From NCBI GenBank assembly GCA_947502805.1, contig CANNBR010000001.1:1-41434 (forward strand): DNA of 41,434 nucleotides, in the 5' to 3' direction. The stretch's first letter is position 1. The number at the start of each line of letters is the position of its first letter. The DNA comes from a bacterium (GTDB lineage Bacteria > Babelota > Babeliae > Babelales > CAIQNR01). The notes beneath the pieces are model-generated. The model saw only the letters and a list, made by a program, of their open reading frames with translations, searched no databases and was not told the origin of the DNA. The position numbers and the translations under genes are program-made. Below are positions 8,027 to 17,278 of the stretch, piece after piece.

Positions 8027-8587
8027 ATGATATCAGCTACAGATTTCCGTAAAGGTACAAAGGTTTTATTGCGGGATGAGCCGCATGTTGTGATGGATTT
8101 TCAACATAATAAAATGGGCCGTGGTGGTGCATTAGTACGCGCTAAGCTCAAAAACTTGATTTCCGGTTCAACATTTGAAGAAAACTTTCGCTCGGATCAA
8201 AAATTTGCAAACCCTGATCTTGAACGCAGATCTATGAAGTATCTTTACTGTGATGGAGATCTTTATAATTTCATGGATGAGGAAAGCTACGACCAAGTGT
8301 CACTCAATAAAGAAAATTTGGAAGATGTTATTGGCTATTTAAAAGAGCAAGAAGTTTATGAAATGCTCTTTTTTAGAGAACGACCTATTGGGGTAACTCC
8401 GCCACTCTTTATGGTTTTGGAAGTCAAAGAAACTCCTCCTGGTGTCCGTGGTGATACTGCTCAAGGTGGGGCAACCAAGCCAGCATTGTTAGAAACAGGG
8501 GTAACAGTACAAGTTCCTTTGTTTGTTAACGAAGGCGAAAAAATTAAAGTCGACACTCGTGATAATACGTATATTGAACGCGTCTAA
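8027..8587 (+). CDS. efp: elongation factor P
   Basis: 186 aa aligning end to end with E. coli and B. subtilis EF-P (GDTAQGGATKPALLETGVTVQVPLFV, KVDTR..YIERV). The loop reads HNKMGRGGALVRAKLKNL, with Arg32 where the others have Lys. Confidence 0.93.
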   Translation: MISATDFRKGTKVLLRDEPHVVMDFQHNKMGRGGALVRAKLKNLISGSTFEENFRSDQKFANPDLERRSMKYLYCDGDLYNFMDEESYDQVSLNKENLEDVIGYLKEQEVYEMLFFRERPIGVTPPLFMVLEVKETPPGVRGDTAQGGATKPALLETGVTVQVPLFVNEGEKIKVDTRDNTYIERV

Positions 8588-8605
8588 GGGTACGGAGTCA
8601 TCATT

Positions 8606-9085
8606 ATGGAAGAGGTAACAAATAATCCCGTTATAGCGACATCGCGTCGTGATTTTCGCTCTTTAGCTATTCAGTTGTTGTATGTAATGGAATCATTTGA
8701 TTACACCATTTCACTAGAATCGGTAATTCATAATTTCAATCGTGGTTATGAGATGGATATTCCGATTGATGGTGAAGTTGCTGTTATGGCTCAGTCTATT
8801 ATTGACACAAGAGAAGCCCTTGATGAAATGATAACCCCTCTTCTTGCAAATTGGCGCTTAGATCGTTTGGGTACCTGTACCCGTCTTGTTTTGAGAGTTG
8901 CATTGTGGGAACTAGTTAATACTGATACTCATGCAACTATTGTTATCAATGAAGCCATTGAACTTGCGAAAGCTTTTTCAGAAAAAGATGCTTACAAATT
9001 TGTAAATGGCATTCTTGATGAAGCGGTAAAAAAGATGGAAAAACATAAAAAGTACGATTACAAAGATCTCTCTGCTTTAAAGTAG
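8606..9085 (+). CDS. nusB: transcription antitermination factor NusB
   Basis: 159 aa with RRDFRSLAIQLLY, a W.LDRL...R..LR.A..EL pattern and INEAIELAK.F....A.KFVNGILD. Confidence 0.85.
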   Translation: MEEVTNNPVIATSRRDFRSLAIQLLYVMESFDYTISLESVIHNFNRGYEMDIPIDGEVAVMAQSIIDTREALDEMITPLLANWRLDRLGTCTRLVLRVALWELVNTDTHATIVINEAIELAKAFSEKDAYKFVNGILDEAVKKMEKHKKYDYKDLSALK

Positions 9086-9107
9086 ATTTTGTTTTGTTTC
9101 GATAAGT

Positions 9108-9138
9108 ATGGGCTCTTACATGGGGCCCATTTTTTTTA
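9108..9138. terminator. candidate intrinsic terminator between the convergent nusB and murI genes
   Basis: atgggc (9108-9113) pairs with gcccat (9125-9130), followed by T8 (9131-9138). It lies 23 nt after the nusB stop. Confidence 0.55.
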
Positions 9139-9945
9139 CAGCCTTTTTCTAGACTCAAATGAAACCATACACCCATGATCTTTAACCAAGAAATGCTCAA
9201 CTGCTTGTTCGATATATTCAATTGGTGCGGTAGTAACAAAATGAATATGAGATATATCAGTCCTTTCAGTGAAATTAAGCAATGAATTTGCAGCGTTTAC
9301 AAAGGTAATATGTGGAGCTTGATCCTCTAAAAGTTTTTGAATAAAGGGATAATGAGTGCACCCAAGAATGATCGTATCAACATCAGCGGTAAGCAGTGGA
9401 GTTAGATATTCGTCAATAGCTGTTTGGCATTCTTGAGGGGATGCTTTTCTTTCGATAAGCGTAACGAAATCGGGGCAAGGCTGTTCGATAAGGGTGGCGC
9501 TAGTATTGATAGTGATGATGACCGCTTCACTAAGTAATCTTTGATGTATATGGGTATTTATCGTTGCTTGTGTTGCCATGACCCCAATTCGATTATTTTT
9601 TGTAACCGCAAGAGCTCGATCAATAGTGAGGGGAAGCAGGTCTACATAGGTTATATGCGGAAACAGTTTTCTTAATGATGCAACTGCTGTAGCGCTTAAT
9701 GTATAGCAGGCAACAAAAATGGTAGTGATGCCTAAGCTTTCAAAAAAACAAGTAATAGCGATTCCCCGATTAATAAGAAATTCTACGGTCTTTTGTCCAT
9801 AGGGAAGATGTGCTGCATCAGCGAAATAGACAGTTTCTTGAGGAAGAAAGGGAATAAGTGCATTTAATACAGAAAGACCACCAACGCCCGAATCAAGCAT
9901 GCCTATTTTTTTAGGAAGCATTAGCTTTGATAATTGTTTTTTCAT
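9136..9945 (-). CDS. murI: glutamate racemase
   Basis: 269 aa with MLDSGVGGLSVL, VACYTLSA and ILGCTHYPF. Confidence 0.9.
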   Translation of the reverse strand: MKKQLSKLMLPKKIGMLDSGVGGLSVLNALIPFLPQETVYFADAAHLPYGQKTVEFLINRGIAITCFFESLGITTIFVACYTLSATAVASLRKLFPHITYVDLLPLTIDRALAVTKNNRIGVMATQATINTHIHQRLLSEAVIITINTSATLIEQPCPDFVTLIERKASPQECQTAIDEYLTPLLTADVDTIILGCTHYPFIQKLLEDQAPHITFVNAANSLLNFTERTDISHIHFVTTAPIEYIEQAVEHFLVKDHGCMVSFESRKRL

Positions 9946-10805
9946 TGTTTTCTACTTCGTGTTTCTGCATAAAGATTAATAATTTGTTTGATATAGGCCT
10001 GGTCTATTGCAAAATCTTTTTCTTTTTCTTCCGCAGTGTAGGGCGCCGCAGTAAAGAACGGAGTTTCTTTGCTCTTTGTATCAAGGTGCAAACAGTAACT
10101 TCCTTTTTCTGTAAAGAGCGTGTGGAGAAAGGGGAGTTGTATGATTACATCTGCACTTCGTAATGTTTCGTGCCAAAGGCCCTCATTATTTTTTTTCACC
10201 GGAAGATTATAAATATGAGGAGCTTCAGGAAGCATTCTTTCAAAAACAGTAAAGACTGGCTGAATAAAGTCTCCATATGAAAAAATATGATAGATAGCAT
10301 CAATAGAATTACATGCTTTTGGATACCAGTCAGTATATACCGGCATGCCAAGGGTAAAGAGTTCTTTTATGCGGATATTATTGAGTTGTTGATCTATCAT
10401 CATTTGTACTGCAAGAAGTACAACAGTACCACCATGGCTGTGGGCAATAATATGAGTGGTATGATATTTGTTTATGCTTACTAGTTGTAAAAGTTCTTGT
10501 AATTCTTGTGCTGCTTTTATTCGTGCTTGGTGATTGTTAGAGCTTGACCACAGAAATGAATTGATGGTGTGTGGTTTGTTTTGAGTAGTGAGGAATTTAG
10601 ACAAAGCTTCGTAACCAGAGCCACCTTTTTTATACCAGGGTATTATTCGTGCAAAAGTACCATGAATAATAATCCAATGTTCAACTTGTAAAGAAGAAAG
10701 GTAGGGAGAATTTTGAGGCCTATGCGTTTCGGTTCTTATTTCTGAAAAAGAAAAAAGGCCAAAAAATAAGGAGAAACAGTATAAAATACGAATAACGTAA
10801 TTCAT
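9942..10805 (-). CDS. secreted alpha/beta-hydrolase, lipase/esterase-like
   Basis: 287 aa with an N-terminal signal-like hydrophobic segment and an IIHGTF oxyanion-type segment. The nucleophile elbow IIAHSHGGTVVLL resembles AHSMGG of B. subtilis LipA. It overlaps the murI start by 4 nt. Confidence 0.6.
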   Translation of the reverse strand: MNYVIRILYCFSLFFGLFSFSEIRTETHRPQNSPYLSSLQVEHWIIIHGTFARIIPWYKKGGSGYEALSKFLTTQNKPHTINSFLWSSSNNHQARIKAAQELQELLQLVSINKYHTTHIIAHSHGGTVVLLAVQMMIDQQLNNIRIKELFTLGMPVYTDWYPKACNSIDAIYHIFSYGDFIQPVFTVFERMLPEAPHIYNLPVKKNNEGLWHETLRSADVIIQLPFLHTLFTEKGSYCLHLDTKSKETPFFTAAPYTAEEKEKDFAIDQAYIKQIINLYAETRSRKQ

Positions 10806-10849
10806 GCAGTTTCTCCTTATTTTTTTAATTCAAATGTATGCGTTAGTTC

Positions 10850-11263
10850 TTAGCAGCAGTGAGCTGGAAAGAAAAACGCAATTTCACGAGCAGATGCGGC
10901 AGTAGAATCAGAGCCGTGAGAAGCATTAATACCTTTATTGGTACCAAAGATCTTACGAACAGTTCCTTCTGCTGCTTGTGCAGGATCGGTTGCGCCCATT
11001 AATTCACGCCATCCTAAAATTGCATTGTCTTTTTCAAGAACAAGAACAACTACAGGACCTGAAGTCATGAACTCAACTAATTCTGGAAGAAAGCTACGGC
11101 CTTTATGTTCAGCGTAAAATTCTTCAGCTTCATCAGCAGTAAGGTGCATTTGTTTGCAACGTACTACTTTAAAACCATGGTCTGTTATCATGCCAATAAG
11201 CTCAAAAGCACGGTGTGCCTTCATAACGTCAGGCTTGATAATAGCGAGTGTTCTTTCTGTCAT
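10850..11263 (-). CDS. ndk: nucleoside diphosphate kinase
   Basis: 137 aa with ERTLAIIKPD, GPVVVLVLE, TVRKIFG and NASHGSDS. Confidence 0.93.
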   Translation of the reverse strand: MTERTLAIIKPDVMKAHRAFELIGMITDHGFKVVRCKQMHLTADEAEEFYAEHKGRSFLPELVEFMTSGPVVVLVLEKDNAILGWRELMGATDPAQAAEGTVRKIFGTNKGINASHGSDSTAASAREIAFFFPAHCC

Positions 11264-11272
11264 GATTATTCC

Positions 11273-13072
11273 TTAGTTACTATCTTTTTTTTGACGAGCA
11301 GATGCTTTTTCAAGTTCTAGTTGGAACGCGCTTTTTGGTTTTGCAACCGGAGCAGCTTGTTCAACTGTTTCTTCTCGAGCAGGACGTGCTTGTCTTTTTT
11401 CTTCTTTTTCTTTTGGAAGTTCAGCAGTGAGACGTGTAGTTAAGCCAAGCTTATGCTCATCTTTGCTGACTTTGATAACACGGAATTCTCTTTTTTCGCC
11501 AACCTTAAAGAGGTCTTCAATCTTCGCATCATCTTTTTTCAGATCAGTAAGTTCTGAGATGTGTACGAGACCTTCGATACCGCTTTCAAGTTTTACAAAA
11601 AGACCAAAGTTGGTAATGCGTGAAATGTTACCGTTGATGATATCGCCTACTTTGTAAGTAGCATCGATATTTTCCCATGGATTTTGAGCTAATTGCTTAA
11701 TACCAAGGGAGATCTTTTTGTTTTCAGTATCAACAGAAAGAACAACAGCTTCGATTTCTTCGCCGCGCTTAAACATATCGCCCGGGTGTTCAATGTGTTC
11801 AGTCCATGAAAGGTCTGATACGTGCACTAAGCCATCAATTCCTGGCTTAAGAAGCACAAACACACCAAAGTCGGTGATATTGCTAATAGTACCTTTGATT
11901 TTTTCGCCTGGTTTGAATTCAGCAGCAACTGTTTCCCAAGGATTTTTATCAAGTTGTTTGATACTCAAAGACATACGGCGGTTTTCTTTATCCAAAGAAA
12001 TTACCAATGCTTCGATTTCATCGCCAACTTTGAAATGACGCTTAAGATCAGTTATGCGATCAACCCATGAAATTTCAGAGATGTGAATAAGTCCTTCAAC
12101 ACCTTTTTCAACTTCAACGAAAAGGCCATATTCAGTGATGTTAGAAATTTTGCCTTTTACGCGGCTGCCAGGAACAATTGATTTTTCCATAGATTCCCAT
12201 GGATTGTCAGAAAGTTGCTTCATACCAAGTGAGATTTTTTCATTGTCTTTATCGAATGAAAGAACCTTAACATTGATATTGTCTCCAATTTTCACGATTT
12301 CGCTTGGGTGAGAAATTCTGCCCCAAGTCATATCAGTGATGTGTAGAAGCCCGTCAACTCCGCCTATGTCAATAAACACGCCATAGTTGGTGATGTTTTT
12401 AACTTGTCCTTGGATGATTTGACCTTCAGTCACTGTATCAAGTACTTTTTTGCGTACTTCAGTGCGTTGGTCGCCAAGGAATTTACGACGAGAAATGATA
12501 ACATTTCCACGTTTTTTATTAATTTTAATAATGTTTGCGGTAATCGTGGTGTTTACATACTGATCAAAGTTTGTAACGCGTTGGATATCAACTTGGGATC
12601 CTGGCAAGAATGCAGGGATACCGATATCAACGGATAATCCACCTTTAACTTTATGAGTAACGATACCTTCGATAGCTTCGCCTCTTTCAAAATACTTAAG
12701 AATAGTATCCCAAGCTTTCAAAGCTTTTGCTTTTTCAAATGAAAGAACGAGCTCGCCCTCTGGGCTTTCAAGTTGATCGAGAATAACTTCGATTTGGTCC
12801 CCAACTTGATACTTTTTAAGTTCAAAAGAAGAGAATTCGTAACGAGGAATTAAGCTTTCTGATTTATAGCCAATGTCGACACGGATACCGTCGTTATTGA
12901 CTTCAGTAACTTTTCCTTCAACGATTCTTCCTGGTTTATTAACCGAGAAAAAACCTTCGAACAGATTAGAAAGTTCTTCTAACTGTTCAGGATTAAAGGC
13001 AGCATCGAGCTCTTCAAGCTCTACAATATCAACTTTCCCAAACTGGCTGGGACGTATGATCTCTTTGGACAT
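11273..13072 (-). CDS. rpsA: 30S ribosomal protein S1
   Basis: 599 aa with six tandem S1 (OB) domains, each with G.V..I...G.FV....G..GL.H.SE, and a Lys/Glu-rich tail. Confidence 0.93.
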   Translation of the reverse strand: MSKEIIRPSQFGKVDIVELEELDAAFNPEQLEELSNLFEGFFSVNKPGRIVEGKVTEVNNDGIRVDIGYKSESLIPRYEFSSFELKKYQVGDQIEVILDQLESPEGELVLSFEKAKALKAWDTILKYFERGEAIEGIVTHKVKGGLSVDIGIPAFLPGSQVDIQRVTNFDQYVNTTITANIIKINKKRGNVIISRRKFLGDQRTEVRKKVLDTVTEGQIIQGQVKNITNYGVFIDIGGVDGLLHITDMTWGRISHPSEIVKIGDNINVKVLSFDKDNEKISLGMKQLSDNPWESMEKSIVPGSRVKGKISNITEYGLFVEVEKGVEGLIHISEISWVDRITDLKRHFKVGDEIEALVISLDKENRRMSLSIKQLDKNPWETVAAEFKPGEKIKGTISNITDFGVFVLLKPGIDGLVHVSDLSWTEHIEHPGDMFKRGEEIEAVVLSVDTENKKISLGIKQLAQNPWENIDATYKVGDIINGNISRITNFGLFVKLESGIEGLVHISELTDLKKDDAKIEDLFKVGEKREFRVIKVSKDEHKLGLTTRLTAELPKEKEEKRQARPAREETVEQAAPVAKPKSAFQLELEKASARQKKDSN

Positions 13073-13601
13073 TAATGACTCCTGGGGAGAATAATAACCC
13101 GTTATTTCAAGAACTGAAAAGGCGGGGTTAGAGGTTTGTGAAAAAATAATAACAGATCAAAACTAGCATTATAATAGGTATTAGGCAACTCAGAGCCAAT
13201 TTTTAGATAGTTAAGGTAAGTTAATAATAGTGAGCTAGCGAGCTTTTTTTGGAGTCAAAGAAAGGAAGTTTTTGATTTAGCTTAGGCCTAATGTATGGGA
13301 TAACTGTGGTCTTTACTTAAAGAAATGAAATTGAGTCCTAGAAAAAGTTATTTTATTAAAGTTTTAAAATTCATATATAGATTTAATTGGTTTTTTTAAA
13401 AGAAAATAAATTTATTTTTTATTAAAAACATTGACAGAGGTTTGTTTTTTTATTTATTTTTTCAATATTAAAAAAATTCTATTTGAACTGTTGCTATTCG
13501 GAAAGAGGGGCTGATACTATTGTTTATGAAAGGTAGGCGAGGTGCTTACCTGAATATTCTAAGGTCCTGCTAAAATATTGCGGACTATAAAGGAGACGGA
13601 A

Positions 13602-14066
13602 ATGGAAAAAAAACTAAACATCGCGTTGTTAGTAGTTGCTGTTGCGTTTGGTCAAAATGGGGTGTGTGCACGTTCTTACGTTAAAACTCAGCTACAGCAT
13701 GATGCGGCCGTCGCAGGAATAACTTCTCTTGTTGCGGCTGTAATTGCAGGTGATTATTCAAAAACAAAAGCTCTTTGCGATGGTGGTACTGATATAAATG
13801 AAAGGAGAGATAAATATACTGCGCTTATGCATTCAATAAGACAAGGTAATTTGCAAATTACTACTTTACTTAATGAACGCAAAGCTACAATCAACAACGA
13901 TGATATTCAAAAGGTTATAGTAGAAAGTGTTGACAGCCCGCAACGTGATGCATGTGTTAAAGCTGTTTTAGATGTTAATCCTGGACTTGTAATAAAAACA
14001 GGTATGGGTGAAACTAATCAACAGAGTTCTACAGAGGCGGTTTTGGCTAGGCATAAAGGCCAGTAA
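13602..14066 (+). CDS. signal-peptide ankyrin-repeat protein
   Basis: ATG 13602 is preferred over the track start 13578 because of the RBS aaggagacggaaATG. MEKKLNIALLVVAVAFGQNGVCA is signal-like. Two ANK-like repeats follow (SLVAAVIAGDYSKTKALCDGGTDINERR and DKYTALMHSIRQGNLQITTLLNERKATINNDD). Confidence 0.65.
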   Translation: MEKKLNIALLVVAVAFGQNGVCARSYVKTQLQHDAAVAGITSLVAAVIAGDYSKTKALCDGGTDINERRDKYTALMHSIRQGNLQITTLLNERKATINNDDIQKVIVESVDSPQRDACVKAVLDVNPGLVIKTGMGETNQQSSTEAVLARHKGQ

Positions 14067-14091
14067 CTAGTTCTAGTAATTAAAATAAAAG

Positions 14092-14126
14092 AGCCTCTGA
14101 GGGGAAATCCTTCAGGGGCTTTTTTA
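14092..14126. terminator. bidirectional intrinsic terminator
   Basis: A 12-bp stem, agcctctgaggg / ccttcaggggct, with two G-U pairs and loop gaaat, followed by tttttattt. It lies between the convergent genes ending at 14066 and 14128. Confidence 0.7.
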
Positions 14127-14127
14127 T

Positions 14128-14883
14128 TTATTTTTTATTCTCTTCAATTACTTGAGAAAGTTTTTTTGAATATTTTCCTGCTTCTGGAAGGCGAGCCACT
14201 CTTTTAATCATTCGCCGCACAATGAGGTAGTGAGAAAGAGAGAGTAATGGTGGAACAAAAGAAAGCACTGGGTAGCCAAGCATGATCATGTTGCGGATAT
14301 CATCAAGTAATGGTGTTAGTTTAAGTGGTGCAAGAGGGAGTTTAATAAAGGCAACTGATCTAGCAAACCATCCTGCACTTTGAACTACTACTCCTCCTGG
14401 CCCTGAAATTTCTTGTGTAGCAGATGGCCAAATGCTTGCTTGAAAATTTGTGAGAGTGTCTTGTATGGAAAAATAAAAAACGATTCCTGCAATGCTAAGG
14501 CAGGCCAATGTGTAGACGATAATATGGAAGTTTATGGGGAAACTGAGGCATGCCATTCGCTGCCAAAAATTTTTTCCATCACCCTTTTTATTTGCTCGGT
14601 AGCATAAATAGATGCCACCAAAACTTATAATGATAGTAAGAATGCTCATGCTGACTGACCAGATATTATAAAAATGCATGTATGGGTGGCTTTCTCCTAA
14701 CCAGCCCCTAAATGAGTATTCAACAACTTGGTGGCTGAAAAGTAAAAAGCCAAAAAAAATACCACTAGATATACTCAAGAAAGGGCTTAAAAAACAGTAG
14801 ATGGCAACTTCTTTTTTACTTAATTTTCCATGTCTAATGCGATGCGCAAGCCCACGAATATCCCATAAATAAATCATTGCCAT
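14128..14883 (-). CDS. hypothetical integral membrane protein
   Basis: 251 aa with several hydrophobic helices and no recognisable motif. It lies 8 nt downstream of the preceding membrane-protein gene. Confidence 0.55.
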   Translation of the reverse strand: MAMIYLWDIRGLAHRIRHGKLSKKEVAIYCFLSPFLSISSGIFFGFLLFSHQVVEYSFRGWLGESHPYMHFYNIWSVSMSILTIIISFGGIYLCYRANKKGDGKNFWQRMACLSFPINFHIIVYTLACLSIAGIVFYFSIQDTLTNFQASIWPSATQEISGPGGVVVQSAGWFARSVAFIKLPLAPLKLTPLLDDIRNMIMLGYPVLSFVPPLLSLSHYLIVRRMIKRVARLPEAGKYSKKLSQVIEENKK

Positions 14884-14891
14884 TCCTTCAT

Positions 14892-15785
14892 TTAGTTAGT
14901 GTCAGTTGGGGCAAAGCTTATTTTTAAGAGATCGGCTTCAAAGGGGCCAGTTGGTTTATTCCTGGTGTAATTAAAAAGAGCTGTCTTAATAATTATTTTA
15001 ACGGTTGAAGTAATAATGCCCATAATAAGAAGCGGAATAGTAAAAGCCAGTACTGCAAAAATAACAAGAAAAAGCGCTTTTTCTGGCATTACTGGTTCCT
15101 CTAAAAAGTATTTGCAATAAATGGTAAATGGTCCAAAGAAAAGAAGATACCAACCTAAAAGCCACCAGATTCCCATAAATCCAATGTTAAATGTTGCTCC
15201 AGCTGATGGTCCCCAGGTTTTTTTTATGATACTACCTGATTCTTCTATGGTTGCCATAAGGGAGAGATCTTCAAAAGCGATTAGTGGAATAACAAAAAAG
15301 GTTAGAATATTCCAACCAAGCTCTAGGGCTATTCCTAGCAAGCTTCTTAAAATCGACGCTATGAATCCTTCGTTATTATTTTTACGTCGTACTATTTTTA
15401 CAATTGTTCCTACAATCGCATCCACAAAAGCCCATTGAGCTATTGCAAAAAGTCGAGATAATGCACGGCCAGCACTTGTTATTGTGCTGATAGGGTTGTT
15501 TTCAAAAAGAGCATTAGTATAAATGCTTAACGAAACTTTCATCCAGGTTGAAAATACTGTGGTTAAAAAGAGAAATAAAAAGCCAAGAACCCAGTGGTTC
15601 GAAAGAGATTTTTCGGTGATCGATACCCCAATAAAAGGAATGATAAAAAATAAAAATGTCAGAATAAATAAGCATCCGGAAAAAAAGCTGAAAAGCAGTG
15701 TTGCTGTGTGGTTTTTTATAAAATTAAATCCTGTAGATCCAAGTTGCCAACCAATCTTTGCATTTTCTAATATTTGATATGCCAT
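14892..15785 (-). CDS. hypothetical integral membrane protein
   Basis: 297 aa, multi-pass, with a soluble segment IEESGSIIKKTWGPSAG between helices. I cannot assign a family with confidence. Confidence 0.55.
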   Translation of the reverse strand: MAYQILENAKIGWQLGSTGFNFIKNHTATLLFSFFSGCLFILTFLFFIIPFIGVSITEKSLSNHWVLGFLFLFLTTVFSTWMKVSLSIYTNALFENNPISTITSAGRALSRLFAIAQWAFVDAIVGTIVKIVRRKNNNEGFIASILRSLLGIALELGWNILTFFVIPLIAFEDLSLMATIEESGSIIKKTWGPSAGATFNIGFMGIWWLLGWYLLFFGPFTIYCKYFLEEPVMPEKALFLVIFAVLAFTIPLLIMGIITSTVKIIIKTALFNYTRNKPTGPFEADLLKISFAPTDTN

Positions 15786-15895
15786 AATGCCACTCCTTTT
15801 TTTAAGACTATGGGTTTTATTCTACGCAATAGAAGAATGAAAACGCAATAGTGAGGGGCTTGATTCAAATGCTTTTTTACTGAATAAGCTCAGGA

Positions 15896-16519
15896 TTATA
15901 TTTTGTGAGTTTCTAAAAATTCAACCACCAGCCTACTCCAGCCTTCAAGATCTTTTTCTTTGCATTCTGAAAGCAGAACAAGTTCACCACTTTGGAGTTC
16001 TGAACGGATACTAATATCTGCTGAATCCCCTTCTAAAAGGAGCACAAACCCGATATGTACTTGGTCAACAGGAGTGCTTTCTGAATTTAAGATCCCGAGT
16101 GGGGTGATGGTGACCGATCCTGAGTAACAGATTTCTTCATCAAATTCCCGTTGTGCCCATTCGATAATGGTCGAGCCTTTCATATCTTCCTCGCGAAGGT
16201 GTCCGCCTATGCCAAGAGAATATTTGCTTGCAAGGCGTTGTTCAGAAGAAGAGCCTTTGCGTTGCATTAAAAAATAAAGGTCGTTATGACGGAACACAAG
16301 GTAAGGGATGATTTGTTTGTAGGTAGCATCTTCTTCTGCCAGCCCCCGAGGCATAAATTCTTGGTGTTGTTGTACTAATTTTAAGTATTGTTCAAAATCA
16401 ACTTTTTTGATACCTGTCCAGTCACCATCAGGAAAAAGATTTTTTCTTTTTAAGACGAGTATGGATTCGTTAAATTTATTGACTGGTAGCTGTTTTTCGT
16501 TGCCAGAGGCTTGCTTCAT
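15896..16519 (-). CDS. NUDIX hydrolase
   Basis: 207 aa with a Nudix box, GGHLREEDMKGSTIIEWAQREFDEEI, that fits GX5EX7REUXEEXGU. Confidence 0.75.
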   Translation of the reverse strand: MKQASGNEKQLPVNKFNESILVLKRKNLFPDGDWTGIKKVDFEQYLKLVQQHQEFMPRGLAEEDATYKQIIPYLVFRHNDLYFLMQRKGSSSEQRLASKYSLGIGGHLREEDMKGSTIIEWAQREFDEEICYSGSVTITPLGILNSESTPVDQVHIGFVLLLEGDSADISIRSELQSGELVLLSECKEKDLEGWSRLVVEFLETHKI

Positions 16520-16588
16520 GGTATACTTCTTTTTTAAATTAGGTGAATGAAAAGTATAAGCTGTGTGTTTGTAAAATCTAGGAAAAAT

Positions 16589-17164
16589 ATGAAAATAATG
16601 TTTTTGATAAGTTTGGCGTTTTTTAGTATTTCATTGAATGCGTCAAACCAGAGTCCGCATGTAGATTCATTTCTGATCTTAAGCATTATTGGCAATAACT
16701 CTATGCCAAGAGATCTTAAGAGAAAATTAAGTCCTAAAGAAAGTCCATTTACAACATTTAAGCATGCTTTGTATTTAGCAAAATTTGATGCATTATCCTG
16801 CGCCCTTGAGGAGCCTGAAAATGATAATGGTATGCGTTTGTTGTGTTCTGCTTTTTCTTATAATGCAACTCTTTTCTTGAAGCATAAAACAGGTCATAAT
16901 GAAATCTCTAAAACTTTGCTTGAAAAATTTGTTATCTATTTAAGCGATAGTGAAAATAATTATGAAGCTTTCGCTATTCAAGATATTGCCAGAAAGTTAA
17001 TGAGCTATCCTGCAACTAAAGATTTAAATCTTTGTAGATGGCTCAAGGATAATAAAAATCTTGAAACAGTGAACGAAGTTGTTTCTTATATTAATGATTA
17101 TTCTCAGACAAAAAATGAATATCATATTCAAGCTCTCTCTTTATATTTTCAAGATAATGCATAA
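16589..17164 (+). CDS. hypothetical secreted protein
   Basis: ATG 16589 (MKIMFLISLAFFSISLNA, signal-like) is preferred over the track start 16547. No family is recognised. Confidence 0.5.
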   Translation: MKIMFLISLAFFSISLNASNQSPHVDSFLILSIIGNNSMPRDLKRKLSPKESPFTTFKHALYLAKFDALSCALEEPENDNGMRLLCSAFSYNATLFLKHKTGHNEISKTLLEKFVIYLSDSENNYEAFAIQDIARKLMSYPATKDLNLCRWLKDNKNLETVNEVVSYINDYSQTKNEYHIQALSLYFQDNA

Positions 17165-17233
17165 AAAAGATAAGACAGCGCTAGCTCAGTTATCTTAAGC
17201 GTTTTGACGATTTTTGATACCATTGGTAGATTA

Positions 17234-17258
17234 AAAGGCCTAGAGATGGGCCTTTTTT
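17234..17258 (+). terminator. weak candidate intrinsic terminator
   Basis: aaggcc-tagagatg-ggcctt followed by a T run (17253-17258), immediately upstream of leuS. The stem is short. Confidence 0.35.
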
Positions 17259-17278
17259 AGTTGTTGGGAATTCAAAAA

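Noticed and set aside
11427-13094. Multiple 60-106-aa ORFs run antisense to rpsA, leuS, uvrB, glyA, the MscK-like gene and others.
   Set aside because: They fall inside long, strongly conserved genes on the opposite strand, have no RBS or family resemblance, and are expected frame artefacts.
13073-13601. The long AT-rich intergenic region might hide an ncRNA or riboswitch.
   Set aside because: I could find no conserved structured motif or stable hairpins, only promoter-like AT-rich sequence. Without comparative or expression data there is nothing to support a call.
17170-17200. The segment acagcgctagctcagtt looks like a tRNA D-arm, and similar acagcgctag / aacgctagctc strings occur at 7871-7915.
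   Set aside because: No T arm or acceptor stem can be folded. The match is about 10-12 nt around a palindromic gctagc and is not significant.
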